Shown: in pieces, positions 25,801-39,900 of the stretch | Layout: every line of letters starts with the position of its first letter | Numbering within the stretch: position 1 is the stretch's first letter | Source: Moniliella sp. 'wahieum' | Lineage: Eukaryota | NCBI GenBank assembly: GCA_003971905.1 | Contig: RSEE01000100.1 | Location: 124,001-188,000, forward strand | Direction of reading: 5' to 3' | DNA: 64,000 nt | Notes under the pieces: model-generated | What the model was told of the DNA's origin: nothing | The model's input: only the letters and a program-made list of their open reading frames with translations | Database searches by the model: none | Made by a program: the position numbers and the translations under genes

Positions 25801-26771
25801 ATCGTTGTGGTCCGAGGAGGATAAGTTTTACTACGACGCCATTTCATGGGGCAACGGGGTTTCGCAGTTAATCCCTTCCGTTCGCTTGTGGGACTGATGC
25901 CGCTGTATGCGACACTAACCATCGAGCCGGTCGTGCTGAAACGTTTCCCTCGTTTGCCCGTCGGATGCAGTGGTTCCTTGACAATCGCAGCGAGTTGGCT
26001 CAGCGCAACATTGCCAACATGTCCACTGTCGGGAAAGGTGACCGTCGTCTGCTGGCCATGGTCAACCGTGAGCGGCTGGAGCACATTCTGCGTCGGATGT
26101 TGGACGAATCTGAATTCCTTTCCGAGTATGGAATCCGTTCCTTGTCCAAGTACCACCAAGACCGACCTTTCTCGACCGTGATTGACGGGGAGGAGGTTTG
26201 TGCTGGCTATTGGCCTGGGGACTCACATTCGGGCATGTTTGGTGGCAACTCCAACTGGCGCGGGCCGATCTGGTTAGCAGTCAACTTTCTCTTGATCGAG
26301 AGTCTGCAGCGGTTCTACCAGTACTACGGCGACACGTTTCAAGTTGAGTTTCCTACGGGTTCGGGGGACCTAGCCACGTTAGGCGAGGTGGCGAGTGAGT
26401 TGCAAGAACGGTTGATTTCCCTCTTTTTGCGGGACAGCACCGGTCGGCGTCCAGCGAATGGCGGGGTACCCTTTTTGGACTATACATGTGGCGACTTGGT
26501 TCTGTTCCATGAATTTTTCCATGGCGATTCGGGCAAAGGGTTGGGCGCGTCGCACCAGACGGGCTGGACGGGACTCGTGGCATTTTCCATCTTTGCTGCG
26601 GCGCAGGTGGATGGACTGCCACGCACACCCCGCACCCCTCGCTCTACTGCCGCGCATTACTTTGACGATAACTTTGCCGAGATGGAGTCGCAAGGCACGT
26701 CGACCCCGGGCACGCGCTCCCGCGCTCACTCTTTCACGTACAGTCGTGCTCCCAGTCCGGACGACCTCTGA
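22880..26771 (+). CDS. Glycoside hydrolase family 63-like glucosidase (yeast YMR196W-like); introns 23527-23598 and 25440-25519; start uncertain
   Basis: [128 protein letters not shown]. Confidence 0.9.
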
Positions 26772-27721
26772 GCGGAAAGGTTGACGGATAAAGGATAATG
26801 GATAAGGGGGGGGAAGAAAAAGAAGGTGGGGAGGTGGGACGTTTTGGGACTTGTCGTGCTTCTTCCGGGTACTATTTACCCTCCAAGCTCGTCCCCCGCC
26901 TTGTTCACCATCTTTAGCCGTTGGGGCATACACAGTATGACATGGGACATGGGGCATGGGACGGCACTGCGGCAAAGGGACGCTATACATCTCAATGTGA
27001 TGAATTAACCTGCCCCTAGGCCACAACGAAATGAAACGCATTTGGTCCGCCTCCACTGCCATCTCCCTCCCTTTCTCCCTTGCCGCACGTTGACGGTAAC
27101 GCAGTACACGTGCAGCAGGCTTAGGTACAAGTAAAGGTTCAGGTGCTCATCCTACGATACAACGGTACCAGGGTGACGGAACTAGGCCGGCAGGCTGAAC
27201 AAGCCGAGTGTCCGTACCTATTATTCGAATCTACGGACAGTCGTATGGCCTTGAGAAGAACGAGCGTACCAGCCAACGAGGTTCTGAGAAACATAGGAAG
27301 TGGAGAGGTGACTGTTACCGAATCGAAAGGGTTCGGGATCGCTGGTGGGTAAATGAACGTAACGAAAGGGTCACAACAAGAGTTAGGTATCCACCCATCG
27401 CTCGGCTTCTGTCTCCATGCCACACCCATTTGAATCAAGATTGTGCAGCTTCAAGCTTGTCATCTTTCATCAACTGTATCCATCAACTGTATCGATCCTC
27501 GACATAACTTCTCGATATAGTACACACGTCGCATCGATAAGAAAAACGGACGGGAAAACGAAACGAATCAGGGGGAATATTGCGAGCCGAATTAAAGGGT
27601 GCGATCATAGGGAGCGCAGGTGATGGAGATGAGAACTAAAAGGCTGGTATCTTCAGCTCAAGTGGTAAAAGTACTGGGGAAAAAAGGGAAGAAGAAAGCA
27701 GTGGTACCAACGGGTCTTCGG

Positions 27722-28939
27722 TCAGACAAACTCGTCGCCTGTCTCTTCCTTGGCAAAAGCCGTCGAACTTGCCCGGCCGGGCGCAAGTGACGTAAACTTT
27801 TCTTGGACGGTGGTGATGTGCACCATACCGCTGGGTTCGGGAATTCGCAGGGGCGAAGCCAAGGTAGGCAGAACAATGGTGGTATGACGTTGTTGGTCGT
27901 GTTGCGGGTTGGAGTCGCAGTCTTCCCCCAGCATGTGGGAGCCGGGATTGCGTGTGAGGGTGGACATGAGGGAGTTGAGGGTAAGTTTGGAGCTGGCGAT
28001 ACTAGCGATAAAGTGGGCCATAAGGTCGGGCTGCAAGGAGGCGAGACACACAGAGAACAGAAAGGGAAAGGGAAAGAAGGTCAGCTTGGTTGGTCATATC
28101 CACCACCGCCACCACAGCAACGTGTAAGCAGTGGTGGTGTTGGTACACAAAAATGCACATACTCGAATCGCAACAATCAGGAGATGAACCAAGTCGACAA
28201 TCATGGTCAGGGCGGAAGTTTGCAAGACAAGGTTTTTGATCGCGCAATGTTCGAGTCGGTGGTAGCGTTGAAGCCAGTGACTGCTTTGCGCAGTGTATAA
28301 ACCAAGACGCCCGTGGTGATCGAGTCGCATGTGACAAAGCAGCACGACCATACCAGCATGGCAGGCTGCATGACCCACAGGTTGGTAAACAGAGGGCCGC
28401 TCTTGATCACACTGTAACCGATCACCGTCGCCATCGAGCCAATCAAGCCAAATGTGCAGAACAACACGATGATGCCAGTCAGCCACCATTGCTTGCGGAG
28501 CACCTGGACGCGCCACGCAAAGAACTGTATCAGAAACAATCCAAGTCAGCGTTCCGGCGAAAGCGGCGAGTCATGCCGACCGACGACGGCGGTGGACGAA
28601 AGCAGTGAGGGGATGTGGGTTTGTTGTGCGTACCAGTTGACAAAAGTAAGTTGTAATGGCGGTGGATTGGAGTGCTCCAAGAAAAGAGGGGACCATACGG
28701 TTCAAGTATCCCACGTCGCCATAATGCGAGACGAGCCAGAGATAGATGGAGGTGCAGACGCAGACACTGTTTACAATGTCGCAAGCGATAAGGAGGAAAA
28801 CAACTGCCTTGATGCCCCAAGGGTCACGCTGAAAGCGGGTAAAGTAAAGATAGACTTGTACCACAGACAAGCCAAAGAGACACACATTGATGTACGTTCC
28901 AATCAAAATGTATCCCACTCCTTGTGCTGGATTGGTCAT
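27722..28939 (-). CDS. Multi-pass membrane protein of the basidiomycete DUF6534-like family, with introns
   Basis: ILIGTYINVCLFGLSVVQVYLYFTRFQRDPWGIKAVVFLL..Q.FFAWRV..CDSITTGVLVYTLRK..TGFNAT..SLMSTLTR, typical of this expanded hydrophobic family. Confidence 0.7.
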
Positions 28940-30072
28940 GGCGATAATACAACTAACGGCGACTGAGGGTAATAGGGTGCACTGGGATTAAGCCTTGGTG
29001 CCGACAAAGGGGGTGATGCGAAGGCACGTGTTGTTGGAGGAAGATGAGCAAGAGTCACAGAAAGCAAAGTGCGGCTCCAGTGGTGAAGTCCTGGAAGAGT
29101 AGCGGTTGGGACGGAAAACGTAACGGTGGCACTTAGGCTGTGTATATACCGAAAGAGAGAGCGAGACGGATGGTGCTGGTGGTGAGAGATGAGGCGAGGA
29201 AGTGAGGCCGAGCAAGGAAGACGGATGGAATCCAAAGGGTAGCTTTTGCGTGCTAACCCATAGGATGGCGATTCATGGAGGTACTTTTAGTAGGCCTGCG
29301 GCATATGCGACAGTAACAGTAAGTTACTCGCTATTGGCCACATACAGGTTATGTGTTCCGCAACATTCTGTGGCGCGATACGAGTCTGTCGTGTAAGATA
29401 GATACTCGATACTGGCGTACTGCAAGTGTGTGGCTGCGGCGTTAACACAACGTTACTGCTAATACTGCAATTACGCGTTACGAGCTACTACTACTAGTTA
29501 CTACACCTTATTGCCTGGAGCCCAGCAGCCAGTGCGGTCTTGGGGGGGGGCAGCCTGGAGCAGCAGAACGATTTCGACCGAGAAAGAGGGCGATAATCCA
29601 GACCGAGGCGTGCTTGGGTTCAGCGAACGCCTGCGAACGCTTTCAGCCACGCAGGATCTCAGATCCTCAGGTCTTAGATTCGATCCTAGCGCTCCACACG
29701 CGCTCAACGTACTCTGAGTACTCAGTCTGAGATCTGAGAGTCCTCAACGCAACGCTATTCTTGGCGGTGGCTTTTCGGAATAACGCCGCCACCTCGCCAC
29801 CTAGTCGCTTATTAGTCACCTAGTCACATATAGACAACCAAGTACAATACTAAGTACTAAGGCCAAAGGCCGAATAATCGATGGTCACCGATCACTAGTC
29901 ACTCAGACTATTGTCGCGCTTTGCGAGTGTCACATGTCACATGTCATGTCGTTATTTCTCCGCCACAGATGTGGGGGATATGGAACTGATATGGCACGGA
30001 TAGGCCGCATAATTTCCACCTTCTAGACACCTAAGTACTATCATCATGAGGCTCTTTTCACAAAGTTTGACG

Positions 30073-30129
30073 CTTGAAGCTTGAAGCTTGAAGCTTGAAG
30101 CTTGAAGCTTGCAGCTTGAAAAAAGCTTG
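30073..30129. repeat. Tandem (GAAGCTT)n heptamer array
   Basis: Five perfect consecutive copies plus degenerate flanking copies. Confidence 0.9.
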
Positions 30130-33100
30130 CACAGTAGCTGTAGTAGCGTCACACTGGTGTAGTAGCGCCGGTAGCCCAAGCCCGGATCCTTCCGGTGCAT
30201 TTCTTCCAACATTCCTTCCAAGAGGGCAAAAATATTGGTTAGCCTCTGTAGATCATGTGCAATGCAATACACACCATCAACTACCTGCTCTCTGTTGGTC
30301 TTCTACAGCACCCAATCCACAGAGAGATCGTTTATAGACTGTAAGCGATGCGCGAACGTCCGTGTAATCGCGGAGTGCTGATATACTGATACGCTGTGAT
30401 ACAGATACGCTGGGTACTACTGTGATGCATGTGAGCGCTGAGCATGGGAGCGCTGAGCCTCGGCGACGTTCATCGATCATCGAACGATTACCGGTTACCG
30501 GTTACTATTAATAACCCGCCGGTTACATGTTACAGTAGGTTAGTTACTGGATACCAGATATCGGCCTAATGCCCTCTCTTGCGTATATGATCTTCCACAC
30601 AATGCTCCAGCCTGAGCGCCTGAGCGTTCACGCTGCCTGAGGCCTGAGGTGCCCAGCTTTCATCGATATCGAAGCTCGATCGCCACTTGATACACCCCGG
30701 CTGCCACATGTATGTCATGCGCCACATGTCATGCAATGCCAACCCTCCAACCCTGCTATATACTCATCGGACTCAGTCTCAGTGATGAGACTCATCGGTC
30801 ACCCAAGCATCAGATGGAAGCGGGCCTCAGGCCTCAGGGACAGGGGAAATCTGCATAGTAAACACACTTGCAACCACATGATCATTTGCATGCATAAAGT
30901 TGAAGAGCTTGAAGCTTGGAGCTAGGCTAGCCACCTAATTGCAGCTTCAAGTGGTACCAACGAGACGAGGTGACTTCGGTGACTTTTCGGACAGCTCTTC
31001 TTCCCACATTGGCGCGCTCTTGTTTAATCTGCACGTTTCGCCGTGTTGCGTTGCGTGTGTTGCACGTTCGGTGTGCGCCACGCAGGTTCACGTGCTACGC
31101 GTTACGCTTATAACCGCAAAAGTTATGAACCCGCCGGGTGCGGAGTTTGCCGGTTTCCGGTTGCGGATTCGGTTGCGAATTCTCGCGTTGGGCCTTAGGC
31201 CTTAGGGTTGGTGGGCTCCACACGGCACCGCTTTTGGAGGTTCTGTGGTTGGGTATGTAAGAAGTACACGCCTCTCGGATCTCACTGTAACATTTAAGCC
31301 CGCACAGACGTCCTGCCTCCGCTCTGAGTTCCATGTCACACGTCTCACATTGTCTGAGGATGCGGCCGGACATTGGTGCACCTACATACATTGCAAGCCC
31401 CAGGTCCCAGGTAGGCAGGGCGAGCTACGCCAGGCCACGCCCAGGCCTCTGGTGCCAGTGGCCCTGCACTGGCCGTCCAGGAACTAGCAAAGCTTAAAGC
31501 TAGTCACGCACTTTAATCTCTTTTGTCCCGATGATCGATGAACCGATGAACGTACGTGGATCGATGGTCGATGATCCGCCACAGAACCTTCTTTGTGGGT
31601 CCAGCGCCCAGCCTGGTTCAGCTCTGTCCAACTTCGGGCACTATTGGTTCTGAAAAAAAATGAAAGTCCTTTGTGCTTATAGGTGTAGAAGTAGCTCAGT
31701 ACCAATGCAGAGTGGTGGATCGTGAAGCTTGAAGCATGGTAGGTTGCAACTTAGACAGCCAAACGCCTGTATATAACACGTGCGTGTCCCTTGTGAAACC
31801 ACAAAAATCTCGCTGGGGGATGCGTCACGCGTGACGCGTCACTTTGAGATCGCGGTGATGGCGTTACCATATACCATTGGGCTCTCTCTGAATTGGAAGG
31901 AAGCGCTGCAGCACTTAGCATCGGAGATGATCGGCTGGGCGCTGGGCCTCGGCGCGCTGCATGAGGCTTGAAGAGCTTGAAACTTGAAGCTTGAAGCTTG
32001 AAGACGAGCATCTGAGATCTGAGATCTGATGGGCCTATAGCCATTTTCCTCTCTGTCTTCTCCCTCTGTTATTATCCAAATGAAAAGGATTCAAAAGACA
32101 TATCTTTTGTACACGATAGATTGTGTATTCATGGCCGATGTTACATGTGACCTATACATGACCATGTATCACTCATCGTCAACTTGGATGAATTCCGTAT
32201 GGGAATTTTAATGATCCTTCTGTTGTGGTTACCCAGCGACGTCCCAAGTGCAGTGATGCAGTGGTAGAGAAAAGACATGAGCTGGGTTGAACGTTGAACC
32301 CATAACCCATACTGAGGATGATATGAGAAGAAGAAGGACGAGTGGCACAAGGCTAGAGGATATAGGGATACTATACTGTTGGTGTGGCGGCATGGATAAG
32401 AGGGCCAGGGTGACCTCGGAGGTGGCTGACCTTCAGACCCTTCAGTACCTTCAGTGGTCAACAGATTTGTTAGGGGGGTGGACACACAACACATGTATTG
32501 CAAGATGTCCCTAGCATTTTCTGTAGAGATATTTACACGTATACTCAGATGAGGTGTACGCACGTGAATAACTAAAAGTGTTGCAGGTGAAGCGTTAACC
32601 ACGTCGCTCCCGGCCTTGCATGTCCAATGGGACTGAGACTCTGTTTTACAGGAGGCTGGGGTTTCATGTACGTCTCGTCTATATTATGTGGCTTTTTCTT
32701 CTGTGAGGCGCACTCCTTCTGGAAAAAGTGTGTGCTGACTTGGCTGGCATCGGAGGCGATTGTAGCGATGCATATTAGTAGTCTGCCTCGGACGAGTCGT
32801 ACGTATTCAGTTGGAAGGGTGTTGAGTACATAAGATCAGGAAAGGTTGCGGAACGCTCTGGGCAAAATCATGCTTTTGTAGTAGCCCCAAAAGAATACAC
32901 TGTCTCTCCGATCTCATGGTTCGGTCTCCAGCAGGAGCCAACGAAACGAAATGTAACATGCAATGCATTTTTGTCATAGATAGTATACGCCTGACGAGAC
33001 ATACACGTTCCAAAGATAGCCCTTCAGTAACGCACCCACATCTTCGTTCACACCACGTTCTTTCCTATCTAATACAACTACCTCTGTTTTATCGCATGGT

Positions 33101-35617
33101 GCCACATCCTTGCATATCATAATGGTGGTGGACAATCCTTAAAATATAGTGGCAGTAGCTCAAGCCCGCTGTTACCTGTTATCAGCCTCCAGAGTGTATT
33201 GCTTCTCTTCCGGAGAGATGCATTACTTCTATGAAGATAAATAGCATTCTCTCCGGGTTTGTGCAACCCCTACTTAGTATGCTGTAGATGCAATGCAATT
33301 CATGATACCGTCGGAAAGCTGAAGATTTTCCAGGTTCCCACCTCTATCTTTGGTACGCAACCATCTGGCGCAAGAAGTTGTGGTGCTTATTGTCGAGACG
33401 GGTGAGCTTCGCCAGGAGGCTCACCCATATGTATGGTGTACTATCCCTTATAGAGAACGGAAGGACGACTCACGGTGGTTTCGCGCTTGAACTGGCTGGT
33501 GAATCCGAGCAGAGCTAGCGGCAAAAGGAGTGGCCTCTGAGCATAAAGCAGAAGAGGCCTCTGCAGATGTGGCAAGACTGCCTATTATTCACCGGCTTGA
33601 GCAGTAGTAACATGTCTGAAGCCTCCGGAATGACAGACAGAGAGGGGGGGGGCAGGGGAGGACAACCACTGCCAGAGTTGTGACTGGACAGAGACAGAAT
33701 TCGTCATGGGGGAAGATAACCTACGCGACAAGATTGAGGGGACTGAACTCGACGTAGCCAAAGGATGAGGGTTCACGCAATTTGACGGATGGAAGGCTGA
33801 AAGCGGGAGCGACGGGAGTTGAAAGGTGAGAACATATGCATATTATACACACTTACTATTTCATCACACGAACGACCGTGTGACAACACTTTTGAGAGAT
33901 TATCCCTTTCCCCTTTCCCCACTCCCACATGGGAACCGGGAGTGCCTTTAGGCCTATGGAAGTGAAGCTGACAGAGAGATCCCAGACAAAACCGCACTGG
34001 TTTCTTCTTTGGTGGATACCCGTCTCTCGACTTTTGGAACTGGCGTCCTCTTCGTTAAGAGGAAGGATGGTCCGCGTACCGCACCTTCTCCACGTCATAA
34101 CTACTGTGCTCTGACCCTTATTATCGTAACGATACAGAGGTTTTGTCCTGTGTAAGGAGCGACTCACTCTCAAACGCCTGCCGATAGCCACTAGATATCT
34201 TCACCCAAAGCTGGACCTCATCCGTAGTTTGGGGTGAAACCACTTTAATCACCTCTGCGCTTAAGGAAAAGAACACGAGGACATGAAGGTCGCCTTTTTT
34301 GTACACACGGTATGGCCATTTCGAGGCTATCATAGCCTTTTCGGTAACTTTGCAAGCCACCGAGAGGTGCCACCTTTACCGCAGCCCGTTTTTTTGCGAG
34401 AAGACTCTATGGGATGATTTGGACATCCATCGGTCTAATCACACTGTGTACACCCTGTACCACCCACGGGCATACTGAATGGATCAGCCGGATTTGCAAA
34501 CTATGCAATATACAGCTCTCGGTATGCCTACCTGGATTCTGTTCCACCTTTTTCTCCACAGGGTAACTTGATTTGCGTATACACAACTGACTCTTCCACC
34601 CTCTCGAGCACGGATGCATGCTTCACCTTTTTCCTCCTCACATATATATGTGGTTACGCTCCCAGGGAAGAAAAATGGAGAGGCAACTTCGTCAACCGTC
34701 GGAACAGAGTGCGGCTCGTTGTTCTGGGCAGCCCTCTTCTCTGCGCTGAACAGTTTTGTGTCGCGCGTCTCCGTCTCCCTCCACTGCCTCCGTTTTGACT
34801 TACGGTATGCAAAATCCAAGTTTGGTTCATCTTTTTGTCCTTCTATCCGCCTCCGTAGTCACACACTTTTTAGTGCCAGTTAACCCCCAGTAAAAGCGCG
34901 AGACTAAGAAGGAAAAAAGCGAGCTGCCAGAAAGCCAACAAAAGTATTTCTTGCTGCAATATCAAACACCTATCGGTGGGGGTGTTGGGCACAACAATTG
35001 GGACAAAATATATTAGGTTTCCGGGAAGATATAGCCATCAATAAGAGCCCCAAGCTGCTCCCGTAGCCGACGACCAACTTGGTGTGGTACGCGCGTATAA
35101 GCCAGTGTATAATCACTGTGCACTATACGTGACTGCGTTAACTTCCCAATCTCGGATCTCATACCAAAAACACACAGCAGTTCAGCTCTCAGCCGCTCAG
35201 CCACAGCTGAGCTGAGGGTGCTGAGGACCGGGCCAACAAGAAGTCAAGACCACGGCGAGAGAGCCTAGTACTCAGGATGACATGTTCTAGATTCTGGCAA
35301 TGAAGAGATGGATATAAGGGATGGAAGACAGACGCACTGCGCCGATTTGGTCGTGTGCCCAATACAGAGGAGAAGGCTGAGGCCCGCTGAGGCCAGGGGA
35401 CACCTGGAGGCTCGCAATTGAACATTAGTCTGCCCATTCGGCGATTCTCCAGTTCATTATTTCAGTCTTGCCAGTTTTTCAGCTGCCGATGTGAAGCAAC
35501 TGTTGGCCTTTGGATTTTTGCGCAACTTGATTCGTCGGTTGCACCACCATCTTCTTACGGCTGCGGATGCCCCCCTGCCCACGCCTATCGCCTACCTTCC
35601 CCACATCCTTCCGTGCC

Positions 35618-36663
35618 ATGTCCAACACAGTATCGCATGCCTCCTCCGCCGCGGCTGACGCGTACGGCTCGTATGCCCGTCCTTCGCCCGAGCGGGAAGC
35701 CGAGATTGTCGCTCGCATCGGCTCGGTGCGGGCCGAGGTGGCACGGGCAAGCGAGCTGAGCTGCTCACTTGGGTGGCGTTCCGAGGCACCAAGACTAGTG
35801 GCCGTATCTAAGCTGCATCCCCCGAGTTCCATTATGGCTGCATACGCCAAGACGGGTCAACGTCACTTTGGTGAGAACTACGTGCAAGAGTTGGTGGATA
35901 AGTCACATGTCTTGCCCCGCTCGATTCAGTGGCACTTTATTGGTGCACTGCAGAGCAACAAAGCTAAGATGTTGGCTGCCGTTCCCAACCTGTATGCTGT
36001 GGAGACGCTCGAGTCTGCCAAGGCGGCTGACCAGATGGAAAAGTACATTGCTCAGCACCTTCTGAACGCAGTACCCCTCTGCGCGTGTTCATCCAGATCA
36101 ACACATCGGGGGAGACGAACAGGCGGGTCTTGCGCCCTTGACCGGTGAGACTTGTGGGCCCGAATCCCCCGTTGTGGTACTGGCCAAACACGTGATTACC
36201 AAGTGCCCCACCTCCTCTTTGCTGGGCTCATGACCATTGGCTCGTTTGCCCATAGCAAAGCGGCCGAGGCGGACCTTGCCTTGGCCAAAACTGACCCGCA
36301 CGCCGCGCGCAGGCAATCGTCGATGCCAACCCCGACTTTGCTACGCTCGTCGAGACTCGGACCAGGCTGGTCGACCTTCTTCGGGCTGACGAGACATTGG
36401 GCACACTGGTCCGTTCCGCCCCGGAGGGCCACTCGTCGGCCGCCGAGTACGCCGCAACCTTGTTTTCCTCTTCGTCCCCGGCGCCAGATGGGGGATTGGA
36501 GCTGAGCATGGGCATGTCTAACGATCTCGAGGTCGCAATCATGGCTGGCAGCACCAATGTCCGTGTCGGGACCGAGTGCTTTGGAACGCGTCCGCCCACC
36601 AGGCCCGAGGCTATGGCACTTATGGAGCATGAACTTCACCGGCCCAACGACCGGAATGATTAA
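35618..36663 (+). CDS. Pyridoxal phosphate homeostasis protein (PLPBP/YggS/PROSC family)
   Basis: RLVAVSKLHP..GQRHFGENYVQEL..WHFIGALQSNKAK..QINTSGE..GLMTIG..ELSMGMSNDLEVAIMAGSTNVRVGT.CFG.R. Confidence 0.93.
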
Positions 36664-36990
36664 TGAGCGCGAGCGTTTGCCCGCTGTTCTGTGCGATGTC
36701 GTGTGCCAGGGGTTTGTTGTGGCCTCGTCTCAAGTTTCATTTTTCCATTGCCATCTAGCCCTCTGTATCCGGCATGTGCATCATTAACGTCCTCTCGTCC
36801 TAGTTGCACCTATACGACAGAGACCAACAGGGCAAAATAGAAATCGATTGGACACACCCGTAAATCGTGAACCGTGAATGACCGGGACAGCTGCATGGTC
36901 GACAGTCCAGGCGGCACAAAGCAATAAATGTCACTTGAGGAGGCACACGAGAGACAGATGAGATGAAGAAGAGGTATGTACGTTCAACGT

Positions 36991-39900
36991 TCAGTCCTCA
37001 TCTTCAAACGCGTGGTACCCAGCCCGACGCATCGCGCCCAACTTGCGTCTGGCCAGGGTCAATTCCTTTTCGAGTTTCAGTACCTCGACTTGCTGTTCCA
37101 TCTCCTTCACCTTAAACTCATGGGTCGCCATGGTGGCATAGTCCGCCTCGCCCTCCTCAGTCGACTGGTTTTCAGTGATGGTCTTGACTTGACGTACCAG
37201 CGCTTTGCACGCTTCAGTCACTGCCTTGGCGCCCGCTCTAGGCGGTCTTGAGTTTTGCTCATAAGCTCTGCCTTGACCCGGACGCAGCGACCAACTGAGG
37301 CCGTAGCCGCGACTTCGTTGGAAGCTACGACCAACTGTTCGAGCGAGTGTGTCCCCGCGATCACCCCGTCTGCTGCTTCGATCAACATGGTGGTAGCGAA
37401 TGCGACGGCGCGCGCGGCCGAGATGAGTCCCTCGGTCCAACGGTTGTTCTTCTTGTAGAACTGCTGGTTGGTCGACGAGCCGCGGCCCATGCCACAATCT
37501 CGTGTTGCGACTCGGTGGCAGCGTGAATCAAGCCTGCGATCGCTTTGGTGATAGCTAGTGAAGCGGCCAGAATAGCGTCGTGCACAGCCAAATCGGTAGC
37601 ACTGTACTTCTCCTTGGGCCGGCTGAGGAGGGATTGAAGGCGTTGGGTAGCGGCCTCAATTGCATTTGCCGCATTCAGCATTTCATTCTCTACCACATCC
37701 CCATGTCCGTTGAGGCGAGGAGTTTTTTGTCCCCTTGCGACTTGAGCATCTGTTCCACCAGCGATCCCATTTCCGTCAATGACGAGCGAGCTTGCATTGT
37801 CTGACTCGCCAATCCGGCCTGTCGCTGCGCCGCAGGACGGTAACTTTGAAGACTCTCGAAAAACCGGACCACCGTCGTTCCCGCCGTACGTCGGTCGAGA
37901 CGATCGTGTCCGCTGCATCATCGCTCTGGGCAAGGCGCGTGATTCCCTTGGCACTCAACAAAATGTCGCTTGTCGTCTGGGCAAATTGGTTGGCCTTCTT
38001 GATGACCTCGACGTGCTCACCACCGCGCTTGCCATCGAGGAACAAGCTGAAAACTGAAGAGAACTCCACCACATTCTCCACCCCCTTTTCAATCATTGAA
38101 AGCACTATTCTGGCGTAGCCGTATTGTTGCCATGCGAGGACGGGGACTCGAGCTCGTACAGGGCATCGTCCACTTTGTCAGCACAAGCTTGGAGAATCGA
38201 GTCGATGATCGAATTGAGTTTCTGAGTATTGTCGAGGATGATGGTGTCAATCTGCGCATTGACAGCCTGGTCGTTGGCACCTTGGACAAGAGAGAGGTTG
38301 TTCATTTGTGGATGGTCGAGTCCATCCCCTCTTGCAGGATCGCAATCTCAGCGTCCTTCTCCTCCTTGAGCCGGGTCATTGCATCCTCCCATTCACGCAG
38401 CTGGATCGCATTGCTGTCGTCTCACTCTGCTTTTGCTGCAGTGCTTCCTCCAGCTCGGTGATTTGACGGTTCAGCGTATCCATCACGCTTCCCATCTCGG
38501 ACGACCGTGCACGCGAAGCATCCTCCGCTCGCTCATTGGCAAACCGCAGATCACGTTTGAGACGGTCAAACTCTTCCTTTTGTGAATGGCGGATCTTGTC
38601 CAGCTCAAACCGCTCGGTCCCGTTCGCGAATCATGTTGGCCAACTCAAGGTTTTTGGCCCGAACGTCCTTCTGCATCCGTTCCATCTTGTCCACCGCCTC
38701 CTGTGCACTACCAGCTTGAGTTGGAACTGTTTGTGCTTGCCCAACATGTCCAAGTGTTCCGCTCGCAGCTGACTGTACAGCTTGGCCAACGCCTCGTACT
38801 TGCTCGCCAGAGCTGCACCTGCTCTTGAAGCTGCCGAATCAAGTCGTCCTTGGCTCCCAATTGCGCCTGCACATTGGCCCCCACAGAGCCATTCGGTTTC
38901 GAGTGCCTTGACTCGACGATCGTACTGTTCCAGCATGAGCTGGTCGCGCTCCCATTGCCCGCGCATACTGAGCAGGTCGCGCTCTAACTCGGCCTGCCGG
39001 CCTCCTGCAGCGCAGCCATCTGTTGCTGGAGAAGTTGTTCCTGGGCAATGCGTTGCTGCTCGGCTTGGCGTGCTGTTCTTGTTCAAATTCACGCTGCTGT
39101 TGTGCTTGCAATTCAGCTTGCCGTTTCCGTTCGGCCTCTTGCTGGTCCTTGAGCGCCTTCTGCTTGTCCTCGTAGTGCTTCAAGAGCCGGGCCTGCTCAT
39201 CGATCTCCGCTTGCGATGGACCGGCGGGGGTATCGCTTCGGGATGGTGGGGCAGGGGTGGATGCGCTGCGTGCGGGCAAGTCCGGTGCGTTCTCCGACTC
39301 AAGTAAGTTGGTGGATCACGGTTCAATTTGGGAACAGTAATGAGCGAGGTGAGGTACTTGAGGCTAGCACACTCGTTATAGAACCGGCGCAAATTGTGGT
39401 GCTGGTGCTTGTAACGGTTTTGTAATGGTTCAATGGCGTCCGAGCATCAATGCGACGGCGAATGGCACGGAGCATCGAGGTGAGGAACTTGTAGATTCCG
39501 TACGACTCCATCACTTGCGGTACGAGAGCCGCAATTCGCGCTTCGTTGTTGCTCTGCGGGCGGAAGTAGGCAAACACCATCTTCTGGAACGAATCGATCG
39601 GTCTTGCAGGTCCATCAGGTCGCTGATCGTCTCGTACCTGATCAAAGAGGGGAAGACGCAATTTTAGCATGCGGAGGGCAAAGGGAAAGGGAAAGAAGGT
39701 GTGGCGGGCTTACCCTTCGTCCGGGTTGTCGATGAGCTTGAGCGCAATGTATTCTTGGTACTCAAAGAGCCCATTGAATTCCCGATGGTTGCGGTGGAAC
39801 TTGAGTTTAGACAACAGGAGTTTGACATAGGCCTGGATCAGTGGGACATAATTATTGGACCAGGCGCGGCGCTCTCCGCCATCTGTGCCGCTGATTCGAA

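Noticed and set aside
34484..34819. Possible mating-type homeodomain relic near SLA2 (YICEEEKG...NQVTLW resembles helix 2-3 of HD1/bE proteins)
   Set aside because: The invariant WF.N.R core is absent (QVTLWRKRW), and there is no divergent partner HD gene, pheromone receptor or CAAX pheromone ORF that I could find. SLA2-MAT linkage alone is not evidence.
29000..35600. Intact transposon in the gene-free gap
   Set aside because: No transposase, reverse transcriptase or integrase motifs, LTRs or terminal inverted repeats were recognisable by eye.
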